Below are positions 1-7,216 of a stretch of DNA of 32,000 nucleotides, piece by piece. The position numbers and the translations under genes are program-made. Within the stretch, counting starts at the first letter, position 1. Every line of letters starts with the position of its first letter. The DNA lies in NCBI RefSeq assembly GCF_000008565.1, contig NC_001263.1, positions 735,776 through 767,775 on the forward strand, given 5' to 3'. The notes beneath the pieces are model-generated. The model was not told the DNA's origin, searched no databases, and saw only the letters and a program-made list of their open reading frames with translations. Origin of the DNA: Deinococcus radiodurans R1 = ATCC 13939 = DSM 20539. Lineage in GTDB: Bacteria > Deinococcota > Deinococci > Deinococcales > Deinococcaceae.

Positions 1-24
1 CACTGCGGCCCCCATCTCAGGCAC

Positions 25-30
25 TACAAT
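25..30 (+). promoter_or_regulatory. -10 box TACAAT, leaderless-type promoter of panD
   Basis: TACAAT lies 8 nt upstream of the GTG at 39, and there is no Shine-Dalgarno sequence between them. Confidence 0.55.
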
Positions 31-38
31 CCGCCCCC

Positions 39-401
39 GTGGAACGCATCATGTTCAGGGCCAAGATTCACCGCGCGACCGTAACCCAGGCAGATCTGGA
101 TTACGTGGGCAGCGTGACCATCGATCAGGATTTGCTCGACGCTGCCGATATCCTGGTCAACGAAAAGGTGGACATCTGGAACATCACCAACGGCAACCGC
201 CTGCACACTTATGCCCTGAGCGGCCCGCGCGGCAGCGGCGTGATCGGCATCAACGGCGCGGCGGCCCACCTGATGCGCCCCGGCGACATGGTGATCATCG
301 CGGCGTTCGGCAACTTCTCCGAGGAAGAGGCACGGACGCTGGAACCGAAGGTGGTTTTGGTGGACGCTAAGAACCGTCTGCTGGAGCTGCAACCCGTCTA
401 A
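39..401 (+). CDS. panD: aspartate 1-decarboxylase proenzyme
   Basis: 120-aa ORF. The N-terminus [29 protein letters not shown] contains the Gly-Ser self-processing site (YVGS). Length and motif order are typical of PanD. Confidence 0.93.
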   Translation: MERIMFRAKIHRATVTQADLDYVGSVTIDQDLLDAADILVNEKVDIWNITNGNRLHTYALSGPRGSGVIGINGAAAHLMRPGDMVIIAAFGNFSEEEARTLEPKVVLVDAKNRLLELQPV

Positions 402-529
402 GCGTTCGGAATCGCTCTGGCGGCCTGCCTCAGTTTTGCTGCCGATACTGACAAATCATCGGTAAAAATGCCGCCGCAGTGGGGGCGTCAAGCGTAGTCA
501 CCGCTGCTTAGGTCTCCGCCTTCGGATGC

Positions 530-535
530 TAGACT
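530..535 (+). promoter_or_regulatory. -10 box TAGACT, leaderless-type promoter of the HD-GYP gene
   Basis: TAGACT lies 7 nt upstream of the GTG at 543. A TTAGGT -35-like hexamer sits 16 nt further upstream. Confidence 0.5.
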
Positions 536-542
536 CTCAGTC

Positions 543-1901
543 GTGTTTTCGCCTCGCCCCTTGCTGTTTTTACTGCTGCTGTTGGCCCTCGTGGCTGTCG
601 GATACGCGGTAGCGCACGACCAGCAGGGGCTGATGAGCGGGGCGGCGCTGCTGATTGCCGTGGTGTCGCTCAGTTTCCGGGGAATCTGGCGCTGGGCGGC
701 GCTTCTGGTGTATCCGCTGGCGTTCCTGGCGTCGCTGGCGCTTCCCGGCAAAGAGCCCCCCACCGTCGAGATGCTGGTGGGGGGGCTGCTCACTATCGTG
801 GCGCTGGCGTGGCTGCTGCTGCGTGACCAGAGTCAGCAGCAGGAGCTGGAATGGCGGCGCAAGGTCGTGGACGCCCTGCGCACCGGCTCCGAGCGCCTCA
901 ACGAGGCCCGCAACGACGAGGCCATCATTCGCGCCGGGCTGAATATTCTGGTGAAGTTGCAGGTGGCGCCCAACCTCGCGTTCGTGGCCTACCGTCAGGG
1001 CACGCCGTATGTGATGGCCGCGCAGGGAGCGTTCAACACGTTCCTGAACAAGCCGGTCTACCCCAGCGACAATGACAGCCGCTCGGTGCAGGCCGATCAC
1101 TGGGTCGCCGAGGAAGTGCTCGCCCTGCTCAGCCGCGCCGAGCGCCAGAGTTACCTCGTGGCCGAGGTGTATGGCCGTGATTCTACTCATCTGGGCCTGC
1201 TAATCCTGGCCCGGCCCACGCCGCAGCCTTTTTCCGCCGAGGAGCGCGGTGTGGTGCAGTCGTTTGCCCGGCTGCTCGGCGCGCAGCTTGGCCAGGAGCG
1301 CGCCAACCGCAACCTGCGCGAAGCCAACGACCTCACCCTGCGTTCGCTGGGCGCGGCCCTGGAACGCCGCGACGACGAAACCGGCGGGCACACCGCACGG
1401 GTGGTCGGCCTCGCCACCCGGCTGGCCCAGCGCCTCGGCTGGGACGAGGAGCAGGTGCGGGCACTGCGCTGGGGCGCTTACCTCCACGACCTCGGCAAAA
1501 TCGCTATTCCCGACCGGATTCTGCACAAGAATGGGGCGCTCGACGACCAGGAAAAACAGGTCATCCGTTCGCACACCACGGTCGGCTACGAGATGCTGCA
1601 AGACCTCCACTTTCTGCCCGCCGAGACGCTCGACCTGGTGCGTTACCACCACGAGCGCTGGGACGGCACCGGCTACCCTTCGGGCCTGCGCGGCGACAAT
1701 ATTCCCGACGCGGCGCGCATTTTCAGCATCGTGGACGTGTACGACGCCCTAACCAGCGAGCGGCCCTACAAGTCCGCCTGGAGCCCCGAGCGCGCCTTGC
1801 AGGAGATTCGCGCCGGGGCCGGAGCCCATTTCGACCCGCAGTATGTGGAGGCGTTCCTCTACCTGATGGCCGAGCAGGACGACGCCCGGCTGGTGCACTG
1901 A
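543..1901 (+). CDS. membrane-anchored HD-GYP domain protein (probable c-di-GMP phosphodiesterase) with a central GAF-like region
   Basis: 452-aa ORF. The N-terminus is hydrophobic (LLFLLLLLALVAVGYAV, LLIAVVSL and others). The C-terminal part has GGHTARVV, YLHDLGKIAIP and HHERWDGTGYPSGL, which are HD and GYP signatures. Confidence 0.85.
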   Translation: MFSPRPLLFLLLLLALVAVGYAVAHDQQGLMSGAALLIAVVSLSFRGIWRWAALLVYPLAFLASLALPGKEPPTVEMLVGGLLTIVALAWLLLRDQSQQQELEWRRKVVDALRTGSERLNEARNDEAIIRAGLNILVKLQVAPNLAFVAYRQGTPYVMAAQGAFNTFLNKPVYPSDNDSRSVQADHWVAEEVLALLSRAERQSYLVAEVYGRDSTHLGLLILARPTPQPFSAEERGVVQSFARLLGAQLGQERANRNLREANDLTLRSLGAALERRDDETGGHTARVVGLATRLAQRLGWDEEQVRALRWGAYLHDLGKIAIPDRILHKNGALDDQEKQVIRSHTTVGYEMLQDLHFLPAETLDLVRYHHERWDGTGYPSGLRGDNIPDAARIFSIVDVYDALTSERPYKSAWSPERALQEIRAGAGAHFDPQYVEAFLYLMAEQDDARLVH

Positions 1902-1905
1902 GGCG

Positions 1906-2484
1906 TCAGGTTTTGGCCGGCGCTTCGCCCTCCATCTGCCCCAACAGCGCGTTCAGGCCGATGTCCAGCCCACCCTGCGGTCCGCTCGCGCCGAACATCC
2001 CACTGCGTTCGAGTTCCGCGTAGCCATGCAAAAAGGTCCACAGGGCCACCGCATTCGGGGTGTCGTCGGGGTTGCCGCTGAGTGAGCCGACCAGGGCAAG
2101 CAGCGTGTTCCAGAGGTGCTTGCCGGCGCTCGCTGCCAACTGCTCGGGGGTCAGTTCGGGCGGTGTGGTGAGCAGCAAGGCGTAGAGGTGCGGGTGCTGT
2201 CGGGCATAAGCGAGGTAAGCCCGCGCCGCCGCGTCGAGCGCCGGGCGGGCGGGCTGCCCAGCGGCAGCATCTTGGAGGGCCTGTTGCAGCCCCCGCGCTG
2301 CCTGCTCCCCGATGGCCCACAGCAGGGCCTCCCGGTGGGCGAAATGCCGGTAAAGGCTGCTGGGGCGCACCTCCAGCCGCTCGGCGAGGGTCCGCATCGT
2401 CAGCGCTTCGGCCCCCTGCTCCTCCACGAGCTGTTGGGCGGCGTCCAGCACGCTTTCACGCGACAGTTTGGCGGGATAGGGCAT
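1906..2484 (-). CDS. TetR/AcrR family transcriptional regulator
   Basis: I start the gene at the internal ATG at 2484 (MPYPAKLSRESVLDAAQQLVEEQGAEALTMRTLAERLEVRPSSLYRHF, a TetR HTH). The longer tracked ORF, starting at 2670, would run over the divergent gene. Its stop is 4 nt from the convergent HD-GYP stop. Confidence 0.85.
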   Translation of the reverse strand: MPYPAKLSRESVLDAAQQLVEEQGAEALTMRTLAERLEVRPSSLYRHFAHREALLWAIGEQAARGLQQALQDAAAGQPARPALDAAARAYLAYARQHPHLYALLLTTPPELTPEQLAASAGKHLWNTLLALVGSLSGNPDDTPNAVALWTFLHGYAELERSGMFGASGPQGGLDIGLNALLGQMEGEAPAKT

Positions 2485-2489
2485 CGAGC

Positions 2490-2536
2490 GAACAGTGTAC
2501 GTCTTGACGGCCTGTGCTTGAAAACGTACAGTGTTC
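2490..2536. promoter_or_regulatory. 13-nt inverted repeat (probable TetR operator pair) that contains both divergent -10 boxes
   Basis: GAACAGTGTACGT (2490-2502) matches the reverse complement of ACGTACAGTGTTC (2524-2536) at 12 of 13 positions. The left arm contains the minus-strand TACACT (2494-2499), 9 nt from the ATG at 2484. The right arm contains TACAGT (2527-2532), 7 nt from the ATG at 2540. Confidence 0.55.
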
Positions 2537-2539
2537 ACC

Positions 2540-3045
2540 ATGAAAACGAACATTGTATTTCTTGGGATGGGCTTGCTCGGTTTAATGGCCTGGGCCGCCG
2601 GGCAGCGGCACGACGTGGAGGCCGCAACCGTAGTGAATGCTTCACCCGAACGCGTATGGGAAGTCCTCACCGATACGGCGGCCTATGCCGAGTGGAACCC
2701 GGTCATCGTGCGCTTGAGCGGCGAGTTGCGTCCGGGGGCGACCATCGAATTCGTGAACCGGGGGCCGGGCGGGAGATGACCTTCCGGCCCCGCGTGCTGA
2801 CGGCGCAACCGGGGCGCGAACTGCGCTGGCTGGGTCAGGTCGGGGTGCCCCGGCTGTTCGACGGCGAGCATTATTTCCAGCTCACAGCGCTGCCAGGGGG
2901 CCAAACCCGCCTGCAACACGGCGAGCACTTCCGGGGCGTGCTGGTGCCCTTCGTGCGTGGCTGGCTGCGGCGGAACATCGAACCCGACTACGCGCAGGTG
3001 AACGCGGCGCTTGGCGCCCGCGCCGAGCGGCTGCCGCGCCCTTGA
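2540..3045 (+). pseudogene. SRPBCC (START/polyketide-cyclase-like) family protein, reading frame interrupted once
   Basis: The N-terminal part (MKTNIVFLGMGLLGL...NASPERVWEVLTDTAAYAEWNPVIVRLSGELRPGATIEFVNRGPGGR) stops at the TGA at 2777-2779. The same family continues in the -1 frame (EMTFRPRVLTAQPGRELRWLGQVGVPRLFDGEHYFQL...) to 3045. The switch lies in the G/C runs at 2759-2773. Confidence 0.7.
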
Positions 3046-3101
3046 CCGCGCTGCCCTTTTCCCCCACACTGGCTTGCAAATCCAAAGGCAACGCTTGCCC
3101 C

Positions 3102-3159
3102 CTCCGGCACGACCTCCCAGCGCGACTTTGCGCGGCAGGCCGTGCCGGAGCTTCGTTTT
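3102..3159 (+). terminator. possible terminator hairpin after the SRPBCC gene
   Basis: CTCCGGCACG (3102-3111) pairs with CGTGCCGGAG (3141-3150), and a TTTT tract follows at 3156-3159. The loop is large (29 nt), so this call is tentative. Confidence 0.35.
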
Positions 3160-3182
3160 GCCCCCTCATCCAAGGAGTTCTT

Positions 3183-5015
3183 ATGTACCCCACCGCCACC
3201 CTGAGTGCCCAGCACGACCACACCCCCGGTTACACCGAACGCCTCGGTGCGCTCCTCGGCGGGCACGTCCGCGTGCGGCTGCGGACCACCCTGCCGGTCC
3301 TGGGCGTGCGGCTCAAAGTCGTGCAGATCGGTGAAATCGAGACTCTTCCCGCCCGCGAGGTGACGGGCTTGCAGGGCGAAGGCCGCTGGTTCGAGGCCGA
3401 CCTGCCGCTGCACGAGGCCCGCGTGCGCTACGCCTGGCACCTCGACCTGCCTGGCGACCACCTCAACCTGACCCGGCTGGGGCTGCACCACGCGCGCCGG
3501 GGCTTTCGCTCGTGGTTTCAGTACCTCGCGGGCTATCAGGCGCCCGAGTGGGCCTGGAAGTCGGTCTTTTATCAGATTTTCCCCGACCGCTTTCGCAACG
3601 GTGATTCCACGAACGACGTGCAGACCGGCGAATACTTGTACGAAGGCCGCCCGGTGGAAAAGGTGGAGTGGACGCACCCGGTTGACGCCTGGGGCGATAT
3701 TCACGGGCACTACGGCGGCGACCTCGCGGGCATCACGCAGGCGGTGCCGTATTTGCAGGCGCTCGGCGTGACCGGGCTGTGGCTCACGCCGATTTTCACC
3801 TCGCCGAGCAACCACCGCTACGACATCACCGATTACCGCGCCATTGACCCCCACCTCGGCGGGGACGCCGCGTGGGACGCGCTGGTGCAGGCGACGGACG
3901 CGGCGGGCATCCGCATCGTCCTTGACGGGGTGTTCAACCATATGGGCAACGAAAACGCGCTGTTTCAGGCCGCGCTCGCTGCCGAGGACGCCCCCGAGCG
4001 GGCCATGTTCACCTGGCGCGATACGCCGGGCAAGCCGCCCTACCACTCCTTTTTCGACGTGGCGACGCTGCCCAAAATCGACTACGCCAACGAGCGGGCG
4101 GTGGAGGAGTTTTTCAGCGGCGAGCGCAGTGTGGTCCGGCACTGGCTGCGGCGCGGCGCGGCGGGCTGGCGGCTGGACGTGGCGCACATGCTCGGCAAGG
4201 GCGGCACCGAGGAAGACAATCTGGCGCTGCACCGCGTGCTCAAGGCGGCGGCGCGGCAGGAAAAGGCCGACGCCTACGTGTTCGGCGAGCGCTTCTACGA
4301 CCCCGAACTCGCGCTCGACGGGCAGGGCGAAGACGGCGCGATGAACTACCACGGTTTTGGCCTCCCGGTGATGCAGTGGCTGGCGGGCGCGACCTATTTC
4401 AACGAACCGAGCCGCCTGGACGGCACTGAACTCGCCGAAATTCTCTGGGATGCGTACCACGCGCTGCCACCGCAGGCCGCGCTGAACATGTTCAACCTGC
4501 TCGAATCGCACGACATCGGGCGGGCGCTGTGGCGGCTGGGGGGCGACCGCACCAAGTACCGCGCCGCACTCACGCTGCTGCTCGCCTACGCGGGCGTGCC
4601 GTGCCTGTACTACGGGAGCGAAATCGGCCTCTCGCAGTCGCGCGACGGCAACATGCCGTGGTGCCGCGAGCCGATGCCCTGGGACGAGGCGAGGTGGGAC
4701 ATGGAGCTGCTCGCCCATGTCAAAGCTCTGGTGAAGGTTCGCCGCGAGACGCCCGTGTTGCACACCGGGGCCCTTCAGTTCATCCACGCCGAGCCGGACG
4801 CCCTCGCCTTCCTGCGCGAAGTGACCGGGCCGGACGGCGCGGCGGAGCGGGTGGTCGCCCTCGCCAGCCGCCGGGCCGGGGCACATCCGGTGACCTTCAC
4901 CCTCCCGGCGGGCGAGTGGCAAGACGCCCTGAGCGGCGAGCGGCTCGGCGGGGGAGAGGTCACGCTGGACGCGGCGGGCGGGCAGTTGCTGCTCAGTTTG
5001 CCTCTCAGTCGCTGA
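3183..5015 (+). CDS. GH13 alpha-glycosidase (MalZ / neopullulanase / cyclomaltodextrinase-like)
   Basis: The ATG at 3183 is preceded by an AAGGAG RBS (3171-3176). GH13 conserved regions are present: FYQIFPDRFRNGD, DGVFNHMG, GWRLDVAHM, YVFGERF and LLESHD. An N-terminal domain of about 130 aa matches MalZ-type enzymes. Confidence 0.88.
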   Translation: MYPTATLSAQHDHTPGYTERLGALLGGHVRVRLRTTLPVLGVRLKVVQIGEIETLPAREVTGLQGEGRWFEADLPLHEARVRYAWHLDLPGDHLNLTRLGLHHARRGFRSWFQYLAGYQAPEWAWKSVFYQIFPDRFRNGDSTNDVQTGEYLYEGRPVEKVEWTHPVDAWGDIHGHYGGDLAGITQAVPYLQALGVTGLWLTPIFTSPSNHRYDITDYRAIDPHLGGDAAWDALVQATDAAGIRIVLDGVFNHMGNENALFQAALAAEDAPERAMFTWRDTPGKPPYHSFFDVATLPKIDYANERAVEEFFSGERSVVRHWLRRGAAGWRLDVAHMLGKGGTEEDNLALHRVLKAAARQEKADAYVFGERFYDPELALDGQGEDGAMNYHGFGLPVMQWLAGATYFNEPSRLDGTELAEILWDAYHALPPQAALNMFNLLESHDIGRALWRLGGDRTKYRAALTLLLAYAGVPCLYYGSEIGLSQSRDGNMPWCREPMPWDEARWDMELLAHVKALVKVRRETPVLHTGALQFIHAEPDALAFLREVTGPDGAAERVVALASRRAGAHPVTFTLPAGEWQDALSGERLGGGEVTLDAAGGQLLLSLPLSR

Positions 5016-6858
5016 GGTCTCCCGTCAGTTCGGCAGGCACCTCGCCGAGCTCCTGAAGGGCCACCTGCCGGGCGCGGTGCAGCCGCTGCCGGGCGTGGTC
5101 GGGACCGTGCGCGGCGGCCTCGGCCTGCACGCTCAGGGCGAGGAGGGCCGGGCTGAGCGGGTCGAGGGCGAGCAGCTTCTCGCTCAGCCGCAGGGCGCTC
5201 TCCGCCTCCCCGCGCCGCAGCAGATCGTGCGCGCCGGTCATGCCTGCCTGCACCACCTCGTCGCTGAGCTGCTGCCGGAAGGACGCGGCCCACTCGCTGT
5301 CGGCCTGCGGCAGGAAAGGATCGAAGGAGAGGCCGAGGAGTCCCCCGGCATCCACGTCCTCACCCTGCAAGTGCGCCCGCACCTCCGCCACGTCCCACAC
5401 CAGCGGGGCCGCCGTTTCGAGGCGGTAGAGCCGGGTGCCTTTGTGGTACGTGATCTGGACTTCGGGCACCCGCGCGGCGAGGTCGCTGCGAAGCTGGTGA
5501 AAGTAGTTCTGAGCACGGGCAGCGGGCACCTCGGGGAAGAGGTCAAGCAGCAGTTCCGGCAAGCGGGCTGGACCGTTCAGCAGCAAGTAGGCGAGGATTT
5601 CCGGCGTACGGGTCATCCGCAGCCGCACCGCCTCGCCATTGCGTACCAGCTCGCCGCGCCCCAGGGTGCTCAGCCGCAGCGCCGGCCCCGGCGTTTCGCT
5701 GAGCAGCAGTTGCCGCGCTTCGTCGCCGGGGGGCCGCGCCTGCAAAGCCGTCACCGCTCCGCTCAGCAGGGGGCCGTACTGCTCGGCCCGCAACTGCCGG
5801 CGCCGCAGCGACAGGGGCAGCGCCGCCGCGAGTTCAGCCGCTCGCCCGAGGTGGGCGTCCGTTGCTTGCGGCTCGTAGGCGGCCAGCGCCAACCGGGTCA
5901 GCACCGCGCCCTGCCCGGCCCCCGCCGCTTCCTGCTGCTCGGCCACCCGCCGCAGCAAGGGGAGGCCGCCCGGCGCTCCGGCCCGCGCGAGGGCCAGCCC
6001 TTCGAGCGAATCGAGAAACTGCTCGTCGTAGGGGGTGAGCGTCAGGTGCCGCGCCCGCGCCAGCGTGGCCCCGAACTGCGGGCTGCCGAGCAACAGTTGC
6101 ACACTGAGCAGTTGCCGCAAAATGACCACTTCGCTGCGCGGGTGCGGCCAGGTCGCGGCGCTCAGGTCTTCGAGCAGGGCGAGCGCCCCGGCCACGTCGC
6201 CCCGCACGCTGAGGTCGTTGGCTTCCAGCAACTGCGCGTTCCAGGCGTAGAGCGGCGACTCGATGGCCTGCCACTGCTGCCGAGCTTCTTCAGGGCGGCC
6301 CACGTCGAGCAGCGCCTCGGCGGTGGTCAGCCGCACGGCGTCGAGCTGGTGCGGCAGGGCCTGTTCCTGCGCGAATTCGAGGTACGGCAGCGCGGCGGCG
6401 GGCTCGTCGTAGTAGGTCCACAGAAAACCGAGGTACTGCGCCACCGCCACCTGAATCGCGGGGGCGGCCAGGGCGCAGGCGTCCCAGGCGCGCAGCGCGG
6501 CGTTCATCACGGCCTCGCGGCTCTCCCCGCGCACCGTCAGCAAACGCGCCCGCTCGCGCCAGTACATCGCTTCTTCCTCGGGGCCGCTCAGTTCGGGCTC
6601 GGCGGCGTCGAGCAGCGCCTGCGCCCGGTCGAGGGCGCCTTGCTCGAGTTCAAGCACCGTCAGGAAGATGCGTGCCTGCACGCCGCCCTGCGCGGAGGCG
6701 CGGCGCAGCAGCAGCTCGGCCTGAGGCCGTTGACCCAGAATGAGCAGGGCGTAGCCGCCCCAGGTCAGGTCCGCCGTTTGCGGCTCCGTCAGGCTCGCCA
6801 GCACTTCGGCAGCCTCGGCGATGTGCCCCGAGAGCACCAGGGCGCGAAGGTCGGACAT
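5005..6858 (-). CDS. SARP-like transcriptional regulator: N-terminal TPR-like helical repeats, then C-terminal winged-helix and BTAD domains
   Basis: 617-aa ORF. About 400 aa of A/L-rich helical repeats come first. Next is LRLSTLGRGELVRNGEAVRL...TPEILAYLLLNG...LLLDLFPE...YFHQLRSDL, an OmpR/SARP-type wHTH. Then comes WDVAEV...SEWAASFRQQL...RRGEAESALRLSEKLLALDPLSPAL...ELGEVP, a BTAD. I saw no Walker A motif. Confidence 0.75.
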   Translation of the reverse strand: MSDLRALVLSGHIAEAAEVLASLTEPQTADLTWGGYALLILGQRPQAELLLRRASAQGGVQARIFLTVLELEQGALDRAQALLDAAEPELSGPEEEAMYWRERARLLTVRGESREAVMNAALRAWDACALAAPAIQVAVAQYLGFLWTYYDEPAAALPYLEFAQEQALPHQLDAVRLTTAEALLDVGRPEEARQQWQAIESPLYAWNAQLLEANDLSVRGDVAGALALLEDLSAATWPHPRSEVVILRQLLSVQLLLGSPQFGATLARARHLTLTPYDEQFLDSLEGLALARAGAPGGLPLLRRVAEQQEAAGAGQGAVLTRLALAAYEPQATDAHLGRAAELAAALPLSLRRRQLRAEQYGPLLSGAVTALQARPPGDEARQLLLSETPGPALRLSTLGRGELVRNGEAVRLRMTRTPEILAYLLLNGPARLPELLLDLFPEVPAARAQNYFHQLRSDLAARVPEVQITYHKGTRLYRLETAAPLVWDVAEVRAHLQGEDVDAGGLLGLSFDPFLPQADSEWAASFRQQLSDEVVQAGMTGAHDLLRRGEAESALRLSEKLLALDPLSPALLALSVQAEAAAHGPDHARQRLHRARQVALQELGEVPAELTGDLSD

Positions 6859-6865
6859 GGCGGGC

Positions 6866-6871
6866 AGTCTA
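6866..6871 (-). promoter_or_regulatory. -10 box TAGACT (minus strand), leaderless-type promoter of the SARP-like regulator
   Basis: The minus strand reads ccggTAGACTgcccgccATG, placing the hexamer 7 nt from the start. Confidence 0.5.
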
Positions 6872-6929
6872 CCGGCCTGGGCGCGGCGCCGGGCGGGGGC
6901 TGCTCAGTCTTTGGAAACAGCCGCTTTCC

Positions 6930-6935
6930 TAGACT
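6930..6935 (+). promoter_or_regulatory. orphan -10 box TAGACT with no annotated start codon behind it
   Basis: The hexamer is the same one used at four gene starts in this window. It is followed 5 nt later by a GTG at 6941. The next recognised gene starts only at 7217. Confidence 0.4.
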
Positions 6936-7216
6936 GTGGAGTGCCGGAGCCTTTTTCAGGGCAGTGGAGCCCCCGGGCAGAACCGGCTGCCCTGCCCCTC
7001 CGCTGCCGCGCCGAGCTGAACAGGGCCGCCGACTGGAACCCCCCACCCCGGTGGGCCTCACCCCGCCCGGCAAGGGAGGTTTCCCCCAGCGCACCGACGC
7101 CCCCGGAACCTGCAAGCTGGCGCCAGGAGATGAGCTGCTGGCGCCTGGTTTTCCCTCTCACTGAACCGGCGCGGCGGGGCTTCTGAGCCGCCGCGCCAAG
7201 CAGAAAGGACCCTTCC

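Noticed and set aside
2490-2536. The palindromes at 2490-2536, 13871-13894 or 22716-22741 as radiation/desiccation-response (DdrO-type) motifs.
   Set aside because: None fits the roughly 17-bp TT..G.......C..AA-type palindrome as I remember it. Each lies next to a TetR or ArgR gene, which offers a simpler explanation.
3042-3182. Long N-terminal extensions proposed by the ORF track: GH13 from 3042, TetR from 2670, HAD from 11038, argR from 22607, the small secreted protein from 22782, the 72-aa gene from 13890 and the 70-aa gene from 27058.
   Set aside because: The extensions overlap neighbouring or divergent genes, or lack family-typical sequence. The internal starts coincide with an RBS or with a -10 box 5-9 nt upstream, and they restore canonical N-termini.
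2988-4922. A 644-aa minus-strand ORF opposite the GH13 gene. Similar shadow ORFs lie at 5077-7164 (+), 7058-8545 (-), 25512-26933 (-), 17190-18518 (-), 16202-17068 (-), 9253-10200 (+) and 9995-11257 (+).
   Set aside because: In each case the opposite strand carries a protein with clear family motifs or a signal peptide. The shadow ORF is R/A/G/P/H-rich low-complexity translation. I judge them GC-driven artefacts.
6859-7216. A known riboswitch class (c-di-GMP GEMM, cobalamin or SAM) in the long leader upstream of the propeller gene.
   Set aside because: I could not find the conserved cores I remember for these classes. One example is the GEMM-I ACGCAAAGC and GGUAGGUAGCGGGGUUACC-type elements. 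Another is the B12 box. Only generic GC hairpins are visible, so the region is kept as an unclassified structured leader.
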